Virus record (IMG/VR): IMGVR_UViG_3300027896_000025
Source of the DNA: an uncultured virus (IMG/VR IMGVR_UViG_3300027896_000025)
Lineage: Duplodnaviria > Heunggongvirae > Uroviricota > Caudoviricetes
Strand: one strand, 5' to 3'
DNA: 64,000 nucleotides
Position numbers and translations under genes: made by a program. A model generated the notes under the pieces. That model made no database searches. It was given only the letters and a program-made list of their open reading frames with translations, and had not been told where the DNA came from. Within the stretch, counting starts at the first letter, position 1, and each line of letters starts with the position of its first letter. Shown here piece by piece: positions 18,062 to 28,762 of the stretch.

Positions 18062-19920
18062 TACGATGTCGATCCTGTTGGTAACACACCAGTATCTGCC
18101 GCTTGTCTTAAGAATTGGAAAGCTCCCATTTGGGCTTCACGATTCTGAAGGTACTGTTCAGCTGAAGTGATGTCGCCTTGATACATCTGCTGTCCAGCTT
18201 GTTTAGCAGCTTGTATTGCATCACTGGTTATAGGATTTCCTTGAGAATCAACTAAAACGTCACCATAACGATTATCTCCAGCTCCCATGTTAGCATTTCG
18301 TGGATCTGCTTTCCAACTAATTCCTCCTAAATTATTTAATGCCGCTTGTGCGCCAGAATCAAACATTCCATGACCTTGCGATCCCATCGCTTGACTGTGA
18401 GCCTGATTAATCCAATCCTGGACACCAGATGCAGAATTAAGTTCTTGTAACGCTTGATTAGCATTATGGAGTTCACCACCATACACCTGAGCATATGGAT
18501 CGGTTACTGCTCGTTGTTGACCGAGATTCACAGCCTGTTGGAAAGGATTTTGTTGATACTGAATACCATTAATAGTCTGTGTTCCATCAGCATTTTGAAT
18601 CACTTTACCAGTTGTATCATAAGTTCCAGCTAGATTAGAATTATTCAAAACTGTCGCTTGTTCTCCACCTAATTTCATCAGAGCTTGATAATTAGCGTAA
18701 TCTTGAGCATTAGCTAGTGTTTGAAGATTAACTTGTTGACCTTCGGTAATAAAATCTAAAGGATTAACGTTATACAATGCCTGAGAGTAATTTCCAGATG
18801 TTGGTAAGTTAGCTGCTGTGGTTTGAGTAACACCTTTCTGCATGTACGGACTTGTACTGTTAACAAATGCTGAGTTATCAAAAGAACTAGGTAGATCTGG
18901 ATTATAATAAATCTTACCACCCCAGTTTGGATTCTGAGAAGGATCTGTTGTGTAGTTGCTTAAATCTCCTTGTTGAAGATTTAATCCTTGAGTAACAGCT
19001 TTGTAAGTATTAGCGTCTAGCGTCCCAGTTGGAACTTGATTTTGGATACTCCCGTACAACTGTTGCTGTGCTTGCTGAGCAGCATTCACTTGATCTTGTA
19101 ACGATCTTATGTTGGTAGCACTCTGATCGTCGATAGCTTTTTGTGTCTGCTGATTAGTTTTCTGAGCTTCAGTTTGGTACTGTTGAGCTTGTTGTTGTGC
19201 TTGCTGACGTTGAGTTGAGTACTGATTCTGCGCTTGATTTGAGTACTGTTGGGCTTGATTCAAGTACTGATTCTGTGTTGGATTACTCTGAAGGATCAAG
19301 TTATCCAGAGTTTGTTGCCCAGTGTTGTATCCAGGAGTATTGAACATATTTTTCAGTAATGCGAATCTTCCAGGCTCAGTTTGAGTTAAAGCTGTTTGTT
19401 GTTGAAGATTCTGAAGATTATTCTGGATTTGAGTAGAATTTTGAAGATCCTGTGGACCTTGATATCCGCCGGTTCGCATCTGTTGGATCTGATTAAACGT
19501 CAACTGATTTCCAGCTGCATCAACTGGATTCTGAACAGCTTGCTGAACGGCTTGCTGATTGTACTGATTTCTTCCAGATTGAGACGCTTGTTGAAACTGA
19601 TTAGCAGCTTGAGTTGTTTGTCCTTCAATTCCTTGAGCCTGATTCTGGAATTGCTGCCCCATTTGCTGCCCAAGATTTGAACCTTGATTAGCTTGGAGGT
19701 AGTTTCGAAGATTCGTAAATAATCCAGAAGTTGTCGGACGAGTTTGATTCTGAGTTGTTCCACCAGCAATTGGAGCGCCAGTACCACCAGTAGCGCCAGT
19801 GGTGATAGTACTCCCCGCTCCAGCCGAACCTGTAGGAATCTGCTGAGTTACACCAGCACCTTGCTGTTGCTGCTGATTTTGCTGTTGGTCTTGTTGGTTT
19901 GGATCTGTTACGTAGGCCAC
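18061..19920 (-). CDS. Gln-rich putative internal virion protein
   Basis: Q/N-rich; GTG start with SD and late-promoter motif upstream. Confidence 0.65.
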   Translation of the reverse strand: MAYVTDPNQQDQQQNQQQQQGAGVTQQIPTGSAGAGSTITTGATGGTGAPIAGGTTQNQTRPTTSGLFTNLRNYLQANQGSNLGQQMGQQFQNQAQGIEGQTTQAANQFQQASQSGRNQYNQQAVQQAVQNPVDAAGNQLTFNQIQQMRTGGYQGPQDLQNSTQIQNNLQNLQQQTALTQTEPGRFALLKNMFNTPGYNTGQQTLDNLILQSNPTQNQYLNQAQQYSNQAQNQYSTQRQQAQQQAQQYQTEAQKTNQQTQKAIDDQSATNIRSLQDQVNAAQQAQQQLYGSIQNQVPTGTLDANTYKAVTQGLNLQQGDLSNYTTDPSQNPNWGGKIYYNPDLPSSFDNSAFVNSTSPYMQKGVTQTTAANLPTSGNYSQALYNVNPLDFITEGQQVNLQTLANAQDYANYQALMKLGGEQATVLNNSNLAGTYDTTGKVIQNADGTQTINGIQYQQNPFQQAVNLGQQRAVTDPYAQVYGGELHNANQALQELNSASGVQDWINQAHSQAMGSQGHGMFDSGAQAALNNLGGISWKADPRNANMGAGDNRYGDVLVDSQGNPITSDAIQAAKQAGQQMYQGDITSAEQYLQNREAQMGAFQFLRQAADTGVLPTGSTS

Positions 19921-19935
19921 TAAAACCTCATACCT

Positions 19936-19945
19936 TTAAGTTGTT
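19936..19945 (-). promoter_or_regulatory. Late-promoter motif AACAACTTAA
   Basis: One of 10 co-oriented copies upstream of virion genes. Confidence 0.7.
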
Positions 19946-19959
19946 TACGAAGCATAGGG

Positions 19960-20376
19960 TTAGGTTCCTGTAATTCTTAAGGTCAGAACAAAGTTGTTGT
20001 TTGCTGGAAGACCTAAAACTTTATTAATTGTAATTGAAGTTCCAGAAGTTTGGGTAAATACAACCAATGGACAAGCTGTTGGGAAAACAGATGAATTTGA
20101 AGAATTTGTAGCTCCAATCACTGAAATTCCTTGGCATTTTCCAGTCAGAGAGTATTTAAAAGAAATAGCAGAGTTTGGAGTTCCTGTTGAATCAACATTA
20201 ACCGTGATTTGTTGAATAGTCTCATTAAGGTTATCTCCAACAGTAACTTGTTTATTCATAATAGTAACTAATTGTTCAAAAACTGTATTAATTATGAATC
20301 CCAGTTTAGAGATAGTATCCTGATCTGATTTATTAAAATCTTCGACAATAATGCGTTTAACGTTGCCTAATTTCAT
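19960..20376 (-). CDS. Putative tail structural protein
   Basis: Follows the nozzle gene; beta-rich C-terminus. Confidence 0.6.
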   Translation of the reverse strand: MKLGNVKRIIVEDFNKSDQDTISKLGFIINTVFEQLVTIMNKQVTVGDNLNETIQQITVNVDSTGTPNSAISFKYSLTGKCQGISVIGATNSSNSSVFPTACPLVVFTQTSGTSITINKVLGLPANNNFVLTLRITGT

Positions 20377-20384
20377 ATTACAGA

Positions 20385-23300
20385 CTATCTCTCGTAAGCT
20401 CGCTCAGAGTACATTGTGTAGAACATTGAATACCCAATTAACGACATTTTTTCTCTTGCAACTTTATGTTGAATCATTGGACGGATGAATCGACAACGTT
20501 GTTTGTTACGAGGAACAATTGTACGAAATGGTGTTTTATCTGCATTTCCACCGAAATTCGTTTCACCAAATACTTGAAGACCAAATGCTCCATTTCCTTG
20601 TTTTTCAAACTGGTACTCTTCAAATGCAGGGCAAAGATCTGTTGCATATGATACTGTTGCAGTTGTAAAGTTACTTCGATCAAAAATGAATTTTGTTTCA
20701 GAAATTTGTTTAAAGTACTCAGAGTCCGTGAAAAATTGAGGATTAAATTCAACACTAAATGGAATTGCTTGAAAACTTAAACTTGTTCCTTGCATTAATG
20801 GTAAATCAATATCAAGAGTAACACTGTTTCGAGTAAGATTAATTTCAGTAACATGAGCTTCGTACTTTACAGTGTTTAGAGATACTTTGTAGTTTTTAAA
20901 TTGAAGATTTGAGTTTAAATTTAGTTTACTAATAATCACATTGAATGCTAACTGAAGATCAGGAAAACTCCCCGTAAAACTTGAAATTGCAGCAACGTAC
21001 GTAGGATCAGCAATCCCAGTGTCTGAATCTATCATTGCTGCTAAACTTTGTAACGAGTCAAACATACTGTTACCATCAATAAATGTTAAAACTGTTTCAT
21101 AAGTTTTAAGATCTGTTCCAGCATCTAAATCAAGTTTCATTAGAAGCTGATTAAATTGATACGCAGTTAAGTACTGTTCTTGATACAGAACATCTCCAAT
21201 TGAAATATCACTAACTGAGTTTAAAAATGCAATTTCTGAAAAGTCATTAAATCCTAAAATTTGTTTAGTAAATTCTCGATCTGCGTAATCTGTTCTATCA
21301 AAGTTCTTACGTTCGATTTCAGTGAAATTAGTATCCCCAGCTCCAAGATACAACAGTTCCTGAACAACTAATCCACAAGTTTTAGAAATGTTCCAAGTTG
21401 TCCAGGCTTGAGTAAACGTGTTGTAGCGAAAACATTGGGTTGAAACTGTATCAGTAATTAATGTTGGCGTCCAAAGCATGTAACTACGATCAGATTCATA
21501 AGTAACCCCGAATGTTGCAGCAGTAAAATTAGGCTGAAGCAACAAAGGAAGAATCTGGTCTTCAATTGGTCTAGAAACAACACTAACTCCAGTATCTGTA
21601 ACTAATGCAACTCCTAAGTTACTAACCATAAAGATTTGGTTATTTAGAATTGCTGCCGAATCTGGAGCAACAATCCTTGATGAACTATCAAATGGAGTCA
21701 CAGTAAATCCAGATAACGCATCCAATCCGGTTAATCGATACACGCCATCTTCTTTAAGGATAAAAAGACTATCTCTTAGTGGAAGAATTCGATAAATTTG
21801 TTTATCTTTGGGTCCAACATCAAAGTAATTAGTCAATGGAACTGCTTCTGGTTGCTGGTATTTACTAAAGTACACTCGATTTGGTGAAACATTGTTATCA
21901 GAAATAACTGCATTTTCTTCTAATGCCCAGCTTCCGGATGTTCCTGCAATAGTAACGGCAACTTCAATTGAAAACTGATTGGCATTTATATAAGTTATTG
22001 TTCTGATTCCGTCGATACTAGGAGTTGAATTTGAATCAACGATAGTAATTTGTTGTCCAGTACTCAAACCATGTCCAGCTGATGTTACAACAGTTGGATC
22101 AGCGATACTGATTACCGTAATTGTATTAGCAGGACTAAGATTTGGACTAAACTCAGATCCAGTAGCCGTACTATCTGCTAGTACTTGGAATGGTATGTTA
22201 TTCATCGAACGAGATTCAAATTCCATTAAACCTGGAACATCTGTTGGTCCAGACAAATAAAACGCATAAATCGTCTCGTTAGGATTTCTATTAATTACAG
22301 TTACTAAATTTCTTGCCGTTTGATCAACTTGTTGCGCTGGAGTTGGTAATGTTGAAATTCCCACTTCTAAAGTTGTAGGATTAGTCCCAGCTCCAGGAGT
22401 AGTAACTGATGAGGCAAAACTTCCACTTGTAACATGAGAAACAATTGGTGAAGAAATTCCAGTGGTCTGATTAGTAATACTCAAAGAGTTTGTTATTGGA
22501 TACACCATTACAAATGCATTGTACACATTTAAAGCATCATAAATTTTTTGAGCAACCTGAATGTCAGTTTCGATTCCTGTTAAATCAACTTCAACTAACT
22601 GAATCTCGGGACCGCCAGTAGGAGGAGTTACTGAACCAACATTGAACCAAACTCGGTATGTTGTTGTATCGTTAGTTGAGAATGCATCAAAATAATCGGC
22701 TGTTCCAACTACAACAAATGATCCACCAGGAATTGTATTTATTGCTTGAACTTGAGCAACTTCAGCTACAAATCTGTATGTGTTAACAGTCGTTCCACTA
22801 ATTGTGCTAATTGTTGAAACTCCAGGGACTAAGTTACTTATCCCCAACATTGAGATATTAATTTCGTGTTTAGTAGCAGTATTTGCATAAAATACGCTAC
22901 TTCGAAACAACGCTATGTCTTTTGACAATGGCGGAACTTCATTAGCTTGAAGAATACCTTCCTCACTTTGAGGATCTGTGTACAAATTCGCTCCACGGAA
23001 ACTATCAGGAACAATGTCCTGGTAATTAATGTATCCATTAAGAAGATCCTGAGCTGTAGGATTACCTTCGAATACTAATTTTTCTTCATCTCCTGGATTA
23101 AGATCAGCTAATTGTTCTACTCCTGATGCAATCATGAGATCTGTTCTATAAATCTGATAAAAATTACTAAGAGTAACACTTTGTGGAATTGAGAATTGAA
23201 GATCGGCAATTGCTGATTGTGTAGAATTTTGAAAATTTCCAGCTAACTGCGCCGCTGTGGTAATTACTGTGATTGGTTCATTAATTAATGCTGTAACCAT

Positions 23301-25148
23301 TTCATCATACAATTTTTGAACACTTAGTAACTCTGCACTTGTTGGAGTTGCAGAAGGAATCGTGTATCCGGCAACAATACTTTGGAATGCCGTTCCGGGG
23401 ACTTTAACTTCTAGCAGTGTTTGATTAATTGCAGATGGAGCAGTTACTGTTCCTGTATTAAACCAAATACGATACGTTATCAAGTTTTGAGCACTTGGAA
23501 TATCAAAATAATCAGCTGGACCAGATAACGTGTAATCGTTTCCAGGAATAACATTAATTGTATCTGTCTGATCTACTCCAGAAGTTGGAGTTGTAACTAA
23601 AAATCCTACATTAGCAACAAAAGAACCAGCGTTGGTGGTTACGCCTTGTAAAACGTTAGTTGCTGTTACAACTGCACTTGCTGGGAGAGGAACACTGAAT
23701 TTTCCAGTTGAAGCTAACGCATTTTGAATCAGTACAGCAACTTGAGGAGCAGTTTCAGTTCCTAGTAATGAAATTTGGATAAGATTTACTCCAGCACCAC
23801 TAGGAGCGGATGAAGTTCCTAATTGAAAATACACTCTATATTGATCTACGTTTCCCGCTGAATAAATGTCAAAATAATCAGATGTTCCAGTATTTACATA
23901 ACTATACGTCACTGTAAACGCTGAAAATGAAATTGTTGAGTCACCCGTTCCAGAGACTATACTTAGAGTTCCAGAAGCTAATGGAGCTGTTCCTGAGCCA
24001 GTACAGGTCAGAGTTGTTCCTCCAGAGATTGTAGTGACAACTGTGAAGTTCTGGGAGTTATTAGTGTATACAGCACCTGCTGTAGCATTAGCAGCGCTTA
24101 CAGTAAAAATGTAATGATCTGTAGTTGGCAACGCTGTAATCTGTGTAATTTGAGAAACCGCACCACCCGAGATACTAGTAGTAAACAAAGTATCTACAAC
24201 ACTAGAACTTGGAGCATCAGAGATTCCAGCTTTGCTTAATGTTGGATATAAAATTCCACCAATAGGAGTTGGAGTTGTAAAATCTCCAGTTGAATCTAAC
24301 TGAGTTTTGATTAACAATGCGATATCTTGAGCTGTTGAAGTTCCATATGTATTAGCATCTAATTCAATAGCTAAATTACTTAAAGCTGTGTAAATTTGAG
24401 CAGCAGTTGCGTTAGCTGGGAGTTTAAGAAGTTGAAGATACCCAGTACCCGTTAGTAATCCACCAAGATTAGCAGCAACAGCAGCGTCTAATGAATGTAG
24501 TAATTGATTAAAATCGCCAATTAGTAGTCCAGAAATAGGATTACTTAGTACTAATCTAGCAGAGGGAACTCCTAATACTAAATTCTTATTGGCATCTTTG
24601 ATTCCCCAGACTTGTCGATACGCGACCATTGAATCCTGAAGAAACCATCCAGATTGAGTGTAATCTACGTTACCATTTAGATCTAATGCCTTTACTCCAC
24701 CAGCTTGAGTTATATAACCAGGAGAAGAATTAAATTCTGATGGATCAAATGTTGAGATTTTTTTAACTCCATCTAATGCTGTAAAATACAGATTACCATT
24801 ACTTTCAACTGATCGTATTCTGAGACCAGGAGAAACCTCAGAGTACGTGCCAGAAAATGTAGAAAATACTCCGTTGCCATTATCAAACTCAAGAGTTGTT
24901 CCTGATCCTATACCGTAATGACGAAGAATCCTATTTTTATAGGAAAGGAGCTGCTTCGCAATGTCAACAGTTCCACCAGTCCCCATTGAGTTGCCGTAGA
25001 TTTTGAATCCTCTACGAGTTTCAGCTACGTTGTTACGATTAATAACAATATTGTTACAAGTACGTAGGGCGTCAGGTTGGTTCTGAGTTAAATCAGAGTC
25101 GTATGTTGACAGGCCGCGAATTCTAATCTGCGAAAAATTGCCTGACAT
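20385..25148 (-). CDS. Tail nozzle / tubular-protein-B-like stabilisation protein with inserted repeat domains
   Basis: Beta-propeller-like termini (NRVYFSKYQQPEAVP, LRDSLFILKEDGVYRL); three internal DYFD..S.....YR.WF repeats; follows the adaptor gene. Confidence 0.72.
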   Translation of the reverse strand: MSGNFSQIRIRGLSTYDSDLTQNQPDALRTCNNIVINRNNVAETRRGFKIYGNSMGTGGTVDIAKQLLSYKNRILRHYGIGSGTTLEFDNGNGVFSTFSGTYSEVSPGLRIRSVESNGNLYFTALDGVKKISTFDPSEFNSSPGYITQAGGVKALDLNGNVDYTQSGWFLQDSMVAYRQVWGIKDANKNLVLGVPSARLVLSNPISGLLIGDFNQLLHSLDAAVAANLGGLLTGTGYLQLLKLPANATAAQIYTALSNLAIELDANTYGTSTAQDIALLIKTQLDSTGDFTTPTPIGGILYPTLSKAGISDAPSSSVVDTLFTTSISGGAVSQITQITALPTTDHYIFTVSAANATAGAVYTNNSQNFTVVTTISGGTTLTCTGSGTAPLASGTLSIVSGTGDSTISFSAFTVTYSYVNTGTSDYFDIYSAGNVDQYRVYFQLGTSSAPSGAGVNLIQISLLGTETAPQVAVLIQNALASTGKFSVPLPASAVVTATNVLQGVTTNAGSFVANVGFLVTTPTSGVDQTDTINVIPGNDYTLSGPADYFDIPSAQNLITYRIWFNTGTVTAPSAINQTLLEVKVPGTAFQSIVAGYTIPSATPTSAELLSVQKLYDEMVTALINEPITVITTAAQLAGNFQNSTQSAIADLQFSIPQSVTLSNFYQIYRTDLMIASGVEQLADLNPGDEEKLVFEGNPTAQDLLNGYINYQDIVPDSFRGANLYTDPQSEEGILQANEVPPLSKDIALFRSSVFYANTATKHEINISMLGISNLVPGVSTISTISGTTVNTYRFVAEVAQVQAINTIPGGSFVVVGTADYFDAFSTNDTTTYRVWFNVGSVTPPTGGPEIQLVEVDLTGIETDIQVAQKIYDALNVYNAFVMVYPITNSLSITNQTTGISSPIVSHVTSGSFASSVTTPGAGTNPTTLEVGISTLPTPAQQVDQTARNLVTVINRNPNETIYAFYLSGPTDVPGLMEFESRSMNNIPFQVLADSTATGSEFSPNLSPANTITVISIADPTVVTSAGHGLSTGQQITIVDSNSTPSIDGIRTITYINANQFSIEVAVTIAGTSGSWALEENAVISDNNVSPNRVYFSKYQQPEAVPLTNYFDVGPKDKQIYRILPLRDSLFILKEDGVYRLTGLDALSGFTVTPFDSSSRIVAPDSAAILNNQIFMVSNLGVALVTDTGVSVVSRPIEDQILPLLLQPNFTAATFGVTYESDRSYMLWTPTLITDTVSTQCFRYNTFTQAWTTWNISKTCGLVVQELLYLGAGDTNFTEIERKNFDRTDYADREFTKQILGFNDFSEIAFLNSVSDISIGDVLYQEQYLTAYQFNQLLMKLDLDAGTDLKTYETVLTFIDGNSMFDSLQSLAAMIDSDTGIADPTYVAAISSFTGSFPDLQLAFNVIISKLNLNSNLQFKNYKVSLNTVKYEAHVTEINLTRNSVTLDIDLPLMQGTSLSFQAIPFSVEFNPQFFTDSEYFKQISETKFIFDRSNFTTATVSYATDLCPAFEEYQFEKQGNGAFGLQVFGETNFGGNADKTPFRTIVPRNKQRCRFIRPMIQHKVAREKMSLIGYSMFYTMYSERAYER

Positions 25149-25159
25149 TTATTGCCTCT

Positions 25160-26131
25160 CTAGAAAAAGAATCTGCGTCTTGAAATTTTACTCGCTCGGA
25201 GAAGACTGTTTAAGTTATTAAGTTTCTGAGGTTCGCCTTCGCTTCGATTATCAATCAATGATCCAGATTTTAGTTCTAGTTCCTGAATTTTTTTATCAGA
25301 GTTATTAAGATTTTCAGTATGGCCTAACGAAGCTAAACAGCGTGCGCACCCGCGCTCAGCTAACAACGAATGAAGTTCAGATGGAATTTGAACTACTGGA
25401 GATTCACCAGCTGTTGCTACGAAGTCTTGAATCTGTGGCATGTCAGGCTGATTAAATGGTTCCGTTAATTCAGCTGGATCAATGGTAATCGTTTTAAGAA
25501 CTGGATCAACTGCGATTATTGGAATATCGTAGTTGATCAGTTTGTTACCAGGCAAGTACTTAATAAAATCAACGTTACTTCCTAAAGTGAAGTTTGTTGG
25601 AAATTTAGTTAATCCAATTACTCCAGTTGTGGTATCAAATGATGTAATTTGGGCAGTTCGATTTTCTAGAACTAACTGATTAGGTCTTAACCAGTAAATG
25701 TAGTACAAATGACCTCTAGGTGTTTCGCCAACTCCAGGAGCTAGAATTAGTTCATCACCTTGGAAGTAAAATGCTTTATACGGATTAAACCCAGTCTCTT
25801 GAAAATACGATCGATCTTCTGGAAGAATTCTTGTCATGTTGTACACGTTGTTTTGATCATCCATGTACTTCACGTCACGAAGTTTTCGTCCAACTGCGCG
25901 ATACGGTATTTTGTAGTTGTTCTGGTTAGTAGCCAATGGTACAGTTTCTACATATGTTAAGTACTCTTCATGAAACTGCATAATCAGTGGTAACACTGAA
26001 TCATACATTTCTTCATTCAAGAATGCTAGTATGTCTTGATCTGTTAACGTTTCTTGAGCGTCGGGTAAAAATGCTCGACGTTTAACAGCCTCGATTAACT
26101 CGGATGTAAACTTAACACCAAAAACTGACAT
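25160..26131 (-). CDS. Head-tail adaptor (tail tubular protein A-like)
   Basis: Helical N-terminus (LTDQDILAFLNEEM), IPSELHSLLAER C-terminal helix; synteny. Confidence 0.68.
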   Translation of the reverse strand: MSVFGVKFTSELIEAVKRRAFLPDAQETLTDQDILAFLNEEMYDSVLPLIMQFHEEYLTYVETVPLATNQNNYKIPYRAVGRKLRDVKYMDDQNNVYNMTRILPEDRSYFQETGFNPYKAFYFQGDELILAPGVGETPRGHLYYIYWLRPNQLVLENRTAQITSFDTTTGVIGLTKFPTNFTLGSNVDFIKYLPGNKLINYDIPIIAVDPVLKTITIDPAELTEPFNQPDMPQIQDFVATAGESPVVQIPSELHSLLAERGCARCLASLGHTENLNNSDKKIQELELKSGSLIDNRSEGEPQKLNNLNSLLRASKISRRRFFF

Positions 26132-26151
26132 CGTGATTCCTTACGAACTAC

Positions 26152-26592
26152 TTATGCTAAACGACCACTCATCATCTGATTCTTAAGAGCTAACAATTCG
26201 TCCAACTTGCGATTAATGTCTTCAAGTTTTTGTTCCTCAGACATCTCGTGCTGTTGCAACTCACCCTGAATTCCAGAGTGTTCTTCGCTCATTTGCTCAG
26301 CGGGTTCTTCGGAAGCTTCTTCAGAAGGAGTTTCAGCTGACTCTTCAGAATCTGAACCTTCAGGAAGTTGGTCAACAACGCCTTTAGCAACTTCTAAACC
26401 ATGTTGAATCGCTTCTGGTGAATCACCAGCAACGCTAACTTGTTTCAAGTTCTTCAGTGGCTCAGCTGCCATTCCGCTCATTTCATGGGACAAGTTGCGA
26501 AGAGTGCTTCTCTTGGCATCCATGTACTCAGGGGACATCTTCGATTCACCGCGCTTGTCTTTCAAACGCTGTATCATTTTATCTCGTAACAT
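26152..26592 (-). CDS. Acidic hypothetical late protein
   Basis: Basic N-terminus and E-rich C-terminus. Confidence 0.6.
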   Translation of the reverse strand: MLRDKMIQRLKDKRGESKMSPEYMDAKRSTLRNLSHEMSGMAAEPLKNLKQVSVAGDSPEAIQHGLEVAKGVVDQLPEGSDSEESAETPSEEASEEPAEQMSEEHSGIQGELQQHEMSEEQKLEDINRKLDELLALKNQMMSGRLA

Positions 26593-26615
26593 TTTAGTAC
26601 TAGCTCCTTATTTTA

Positions 26616-27068
26616 CTAACGTAGTAGTTTTGAAAGTAGCATGATGATCAATAATGCACTTTCGGTTGTCATTACATAAATCGCCCAAGTAGGCAACTTA
26701 AACTTTACAGAAATTTTTTCAACTAACTGTTCTACAGGTTTTTCTACTTCCCGAACAACTTCTCGGATAACTTCAATTGGTTTCTCAACTTCATGAATAA
26801 TATGTTTTTCAATTTCAACAATCTTTTCAATAATTGTTTCAACGGGAACTTCAACTCGCACTTCAACTAGTTTTTCAACTTCTTTAATAACTTCAACTGG
26901 ACGATCGATATACATAATTTTAGTTGGCTTTAATACAATCTTTTCTACAACGCGATCGACATATACAGTATTTGAATCCGAAGAATCTGATGTAATAGAT
27001 AAAGAAGCGTCTCTTGTTATTCGTCTTGAAATTAATGAATCTGTTGGACCTAAATGAAGTTTGCCCAT
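26616..27068 (-). CDS. V/E/K-repeat protein with C-terminal TM
   Basis: VEKxVE repeats, then a hydrophobic tail. Confidence 0.65.
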   Translation of the reverse strand: MGKLHLGPTDSLISRRITRDASLSITSDSSDSNTVYVDRVVEKIVLKPTKIMYIDRPVEVIKEVEKLVEVRVEVPVETIIEKIVEIEKHIIHEVEKPIEVIREVVREVEKPVEQLVEKISVKFKLPTWAIYVMTTESALLIIMLLSKLLR

Positions 27069-27080
27069 TCTAGTAGTACC

Positions 27081-27563
27081 TTAAATCGTTGTTGCAATGT
27101 AATACAGATCAAATGTTCCAGAAGTAATCGATGTTGCCATTACTAATTTTGCCCGTTTAGCGATAAAACTTACTTCTGCTTCTATAACAACTCCAGTTGT
27201 TAGATCTGGAGTAATACCATTTCCAGTATCATACCAAACATCGTCAGTATCGCTTGGAGAAACCCAAACTTCTATCGGTTGGGCATCAGTAATAGTTGAA
27301 GTTGTATTAGTATACAAAGTGATTCGTTGCTCACCAAACACCGAAATTGGAGCAACAATATCTCCAATACTTGTTGAAGTTAAACTAACTTTTCCAGAAG
27401 TTTGCTGAGATACGAATATTACACTGTCGCCATCAGCTGCGCTTAATGAGATATCAAATTGAGTTCCACTGGATGGAACAATTCTGATTGCGCCATCGGC
27501 TTCATCAAATACGTGTTTAGCAATCTGACCTGGACCTAATAAACTTGCTTGGGGAGCTGCCAT
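27081..27563 (-). CDS. Putative virion decoration protein
   Basis: N-terminal LGPGQIAKHVFDEADGAIRI motif shared with 32500-32760 and 48472-48984. Confidence 0.55.
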   Translation of the reverse strand: MAAPQASLLGPGQIAKHVFDEADGAIRIVPSSGTQFDISLSAADGDSVIFVSQQTSGKVSLTSTSIGDIVAPISVFGEQRITLYTNTTSTITDAQPIEVWVSPSDTDDVWYDTGNGITPDLTTGVVIEAEVSFIAKRAKLVMATSITSGTFDLYYIATTI

Positions 27564-27579
27564 TGTAATTCCTCTACTT

Positions 27580-27589
27580 TAAAGTTGTT
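27580..27589 (-). promoter_or_regulatory. Late-promoter motif AACAACTTTA
   Basis: Intergenic, directly before the SD of 27563. Confidence 0.68.
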
Positions 27590-27603
27590 AATTTTATTAT
27601 GTT

Positions 27604-28695
27604 TTAAAATCCGTAAGCTGCTTTGGTCTGATTAAAATTGGTAGTAATATCGCTTGGTGACAATGACGAGCTGTAAGCATGAACATCACCAAATTGTCCA
27701 ATCGCTCCGTATGTTCCTAACTGCTCAGGATTAGCATCTAAATGACCATTACCACCAATGTAGTCAAAATATGCAGTAGTAACACCAGAGGACGACCCTA
27801 CTAGCACAGAGTCAATATACACTTTGACTCCATTAGTAACATCGCTAATAAACACAATGTAATGCCAATTACCATCAATTGGATTTGCTGAAATTGTGAC
27901 GTCAATATAGTCACTATAGAATGCTAGTTGATGGTCATTCGTAAGTAATCCTTGAACCCAGCCGTATGCGTTGTATTGAGACCCCATTAGTCTTTGATAA
28001 TCTGATGGTGAATTCGTCTTGTACCAAATACCAACTGTTAGAGGACGGCTAAGGCTAATCTGTGATGCTAGTTGAATACCTAATTGATTTCTTGCCGTCT
28101 TATTAAACACATAAGGACTACCATTAGTCCCAGTTCCGGCCCACTGGGAGCCTGTCGTATTATATGCGTTTACAGTATCTACCGCCAGCGTTACATGAGA
28201 TGGTCCTGAGTCGTATAGTGATTGTCCGGCAGTAGCTGCGCCCGGAGAAAACGGTCCTGTTCCTCCATTGACTTTATCTAGAGCAAGATGAAACACGAGA
28301 TTACTAGTTAGAATGTTCGATCCTGTGTATACAAGGGGAGTACTTGATACATAAATATCAAACTCTGCTGGAGTTGGAAATGAACTTCGATTAATTACAA
28401 ATGAATCTCCATCAAAATCGTATAAAGTAATAGTTTTACATGTCCAAGTATTTTGGCGAGCAGTTGAAGAAACATTAAATACTGATGTATTTGTTGGTAA
28501 ATTAAATCTTAGTAAAGATCCTTGATGATTTGTGTTATCCTTATAATTAAATACTGCACAATTCCAATTCGAACTTACACTCCAATACGCATCAACAATA
28601 CTCATCTCAGTAATTAAACTACTTGGAGAAAATGTAATTATTGCGCTAGGAGTTCCTGGAACGACTGAAGCCGGAAGATTTGTTAAAGTTGACAT
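27604..28695 (-). CDS. Virion protein with C-terminal LamG/concanavalin A-like lectin domain
   Basis: LTVGIWYK...DGNWHYIVF...KVYIDSVL...GQFGDVHAYSSSLS. Confidence 0.75.
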   Translation of the reverse strand: MSTLTNLPASVVPGTPSAIITFSPSSLITEMSIVDAYWSVSSNWNCAVFNYKDNTNHQGSLLRFNLPTNTSVFNVSSTARQNTWTCKTITLYDFDGDSFVINRSSFPTPAEFDIYVSSTPLVYTGSNILTSNLVFHLALDKVNGGTGPFSPGAATAGQSLYDSGPSHVTLAVDTVNAYNTTGSQWAGTGTNGSPYVFNKTARNQLGIQLASQISLSRPLTVGIWYKTNSPSDYQRLMGSQYNAYGWVQGLLTNDHQLAFYSDYIDVTISANPIDGNWHYIVFISDVTNGVKVYIDSVLVGSSSGVTTAYFDYIGGNGHLDANPEQLGTYGAIGQFGDVHAYSSSLSPSDITTNFNQTKAAYGF

Positions 28696-28762
28696 ACATT
28701 AATCCTTATAGCTGAACAATGGTCCAGGTGATTGCAGCAGACCCAGCCGCAGATCCATTTTC
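28691..28762. repeat. 72-bp exact direct repeat (copy 1; copy 2 at 33527-33598)
   Basis: Identical sequence covering the fibre 3' end, stop, SD and next ATG. Confidence 0.9.

Noticed and set aside
18061..19920. CAG/CAA-rich repeats as a DNA repeat element
   Set aside because: Explained by Gln-rich low-complexity coding in ejection-type proteins.
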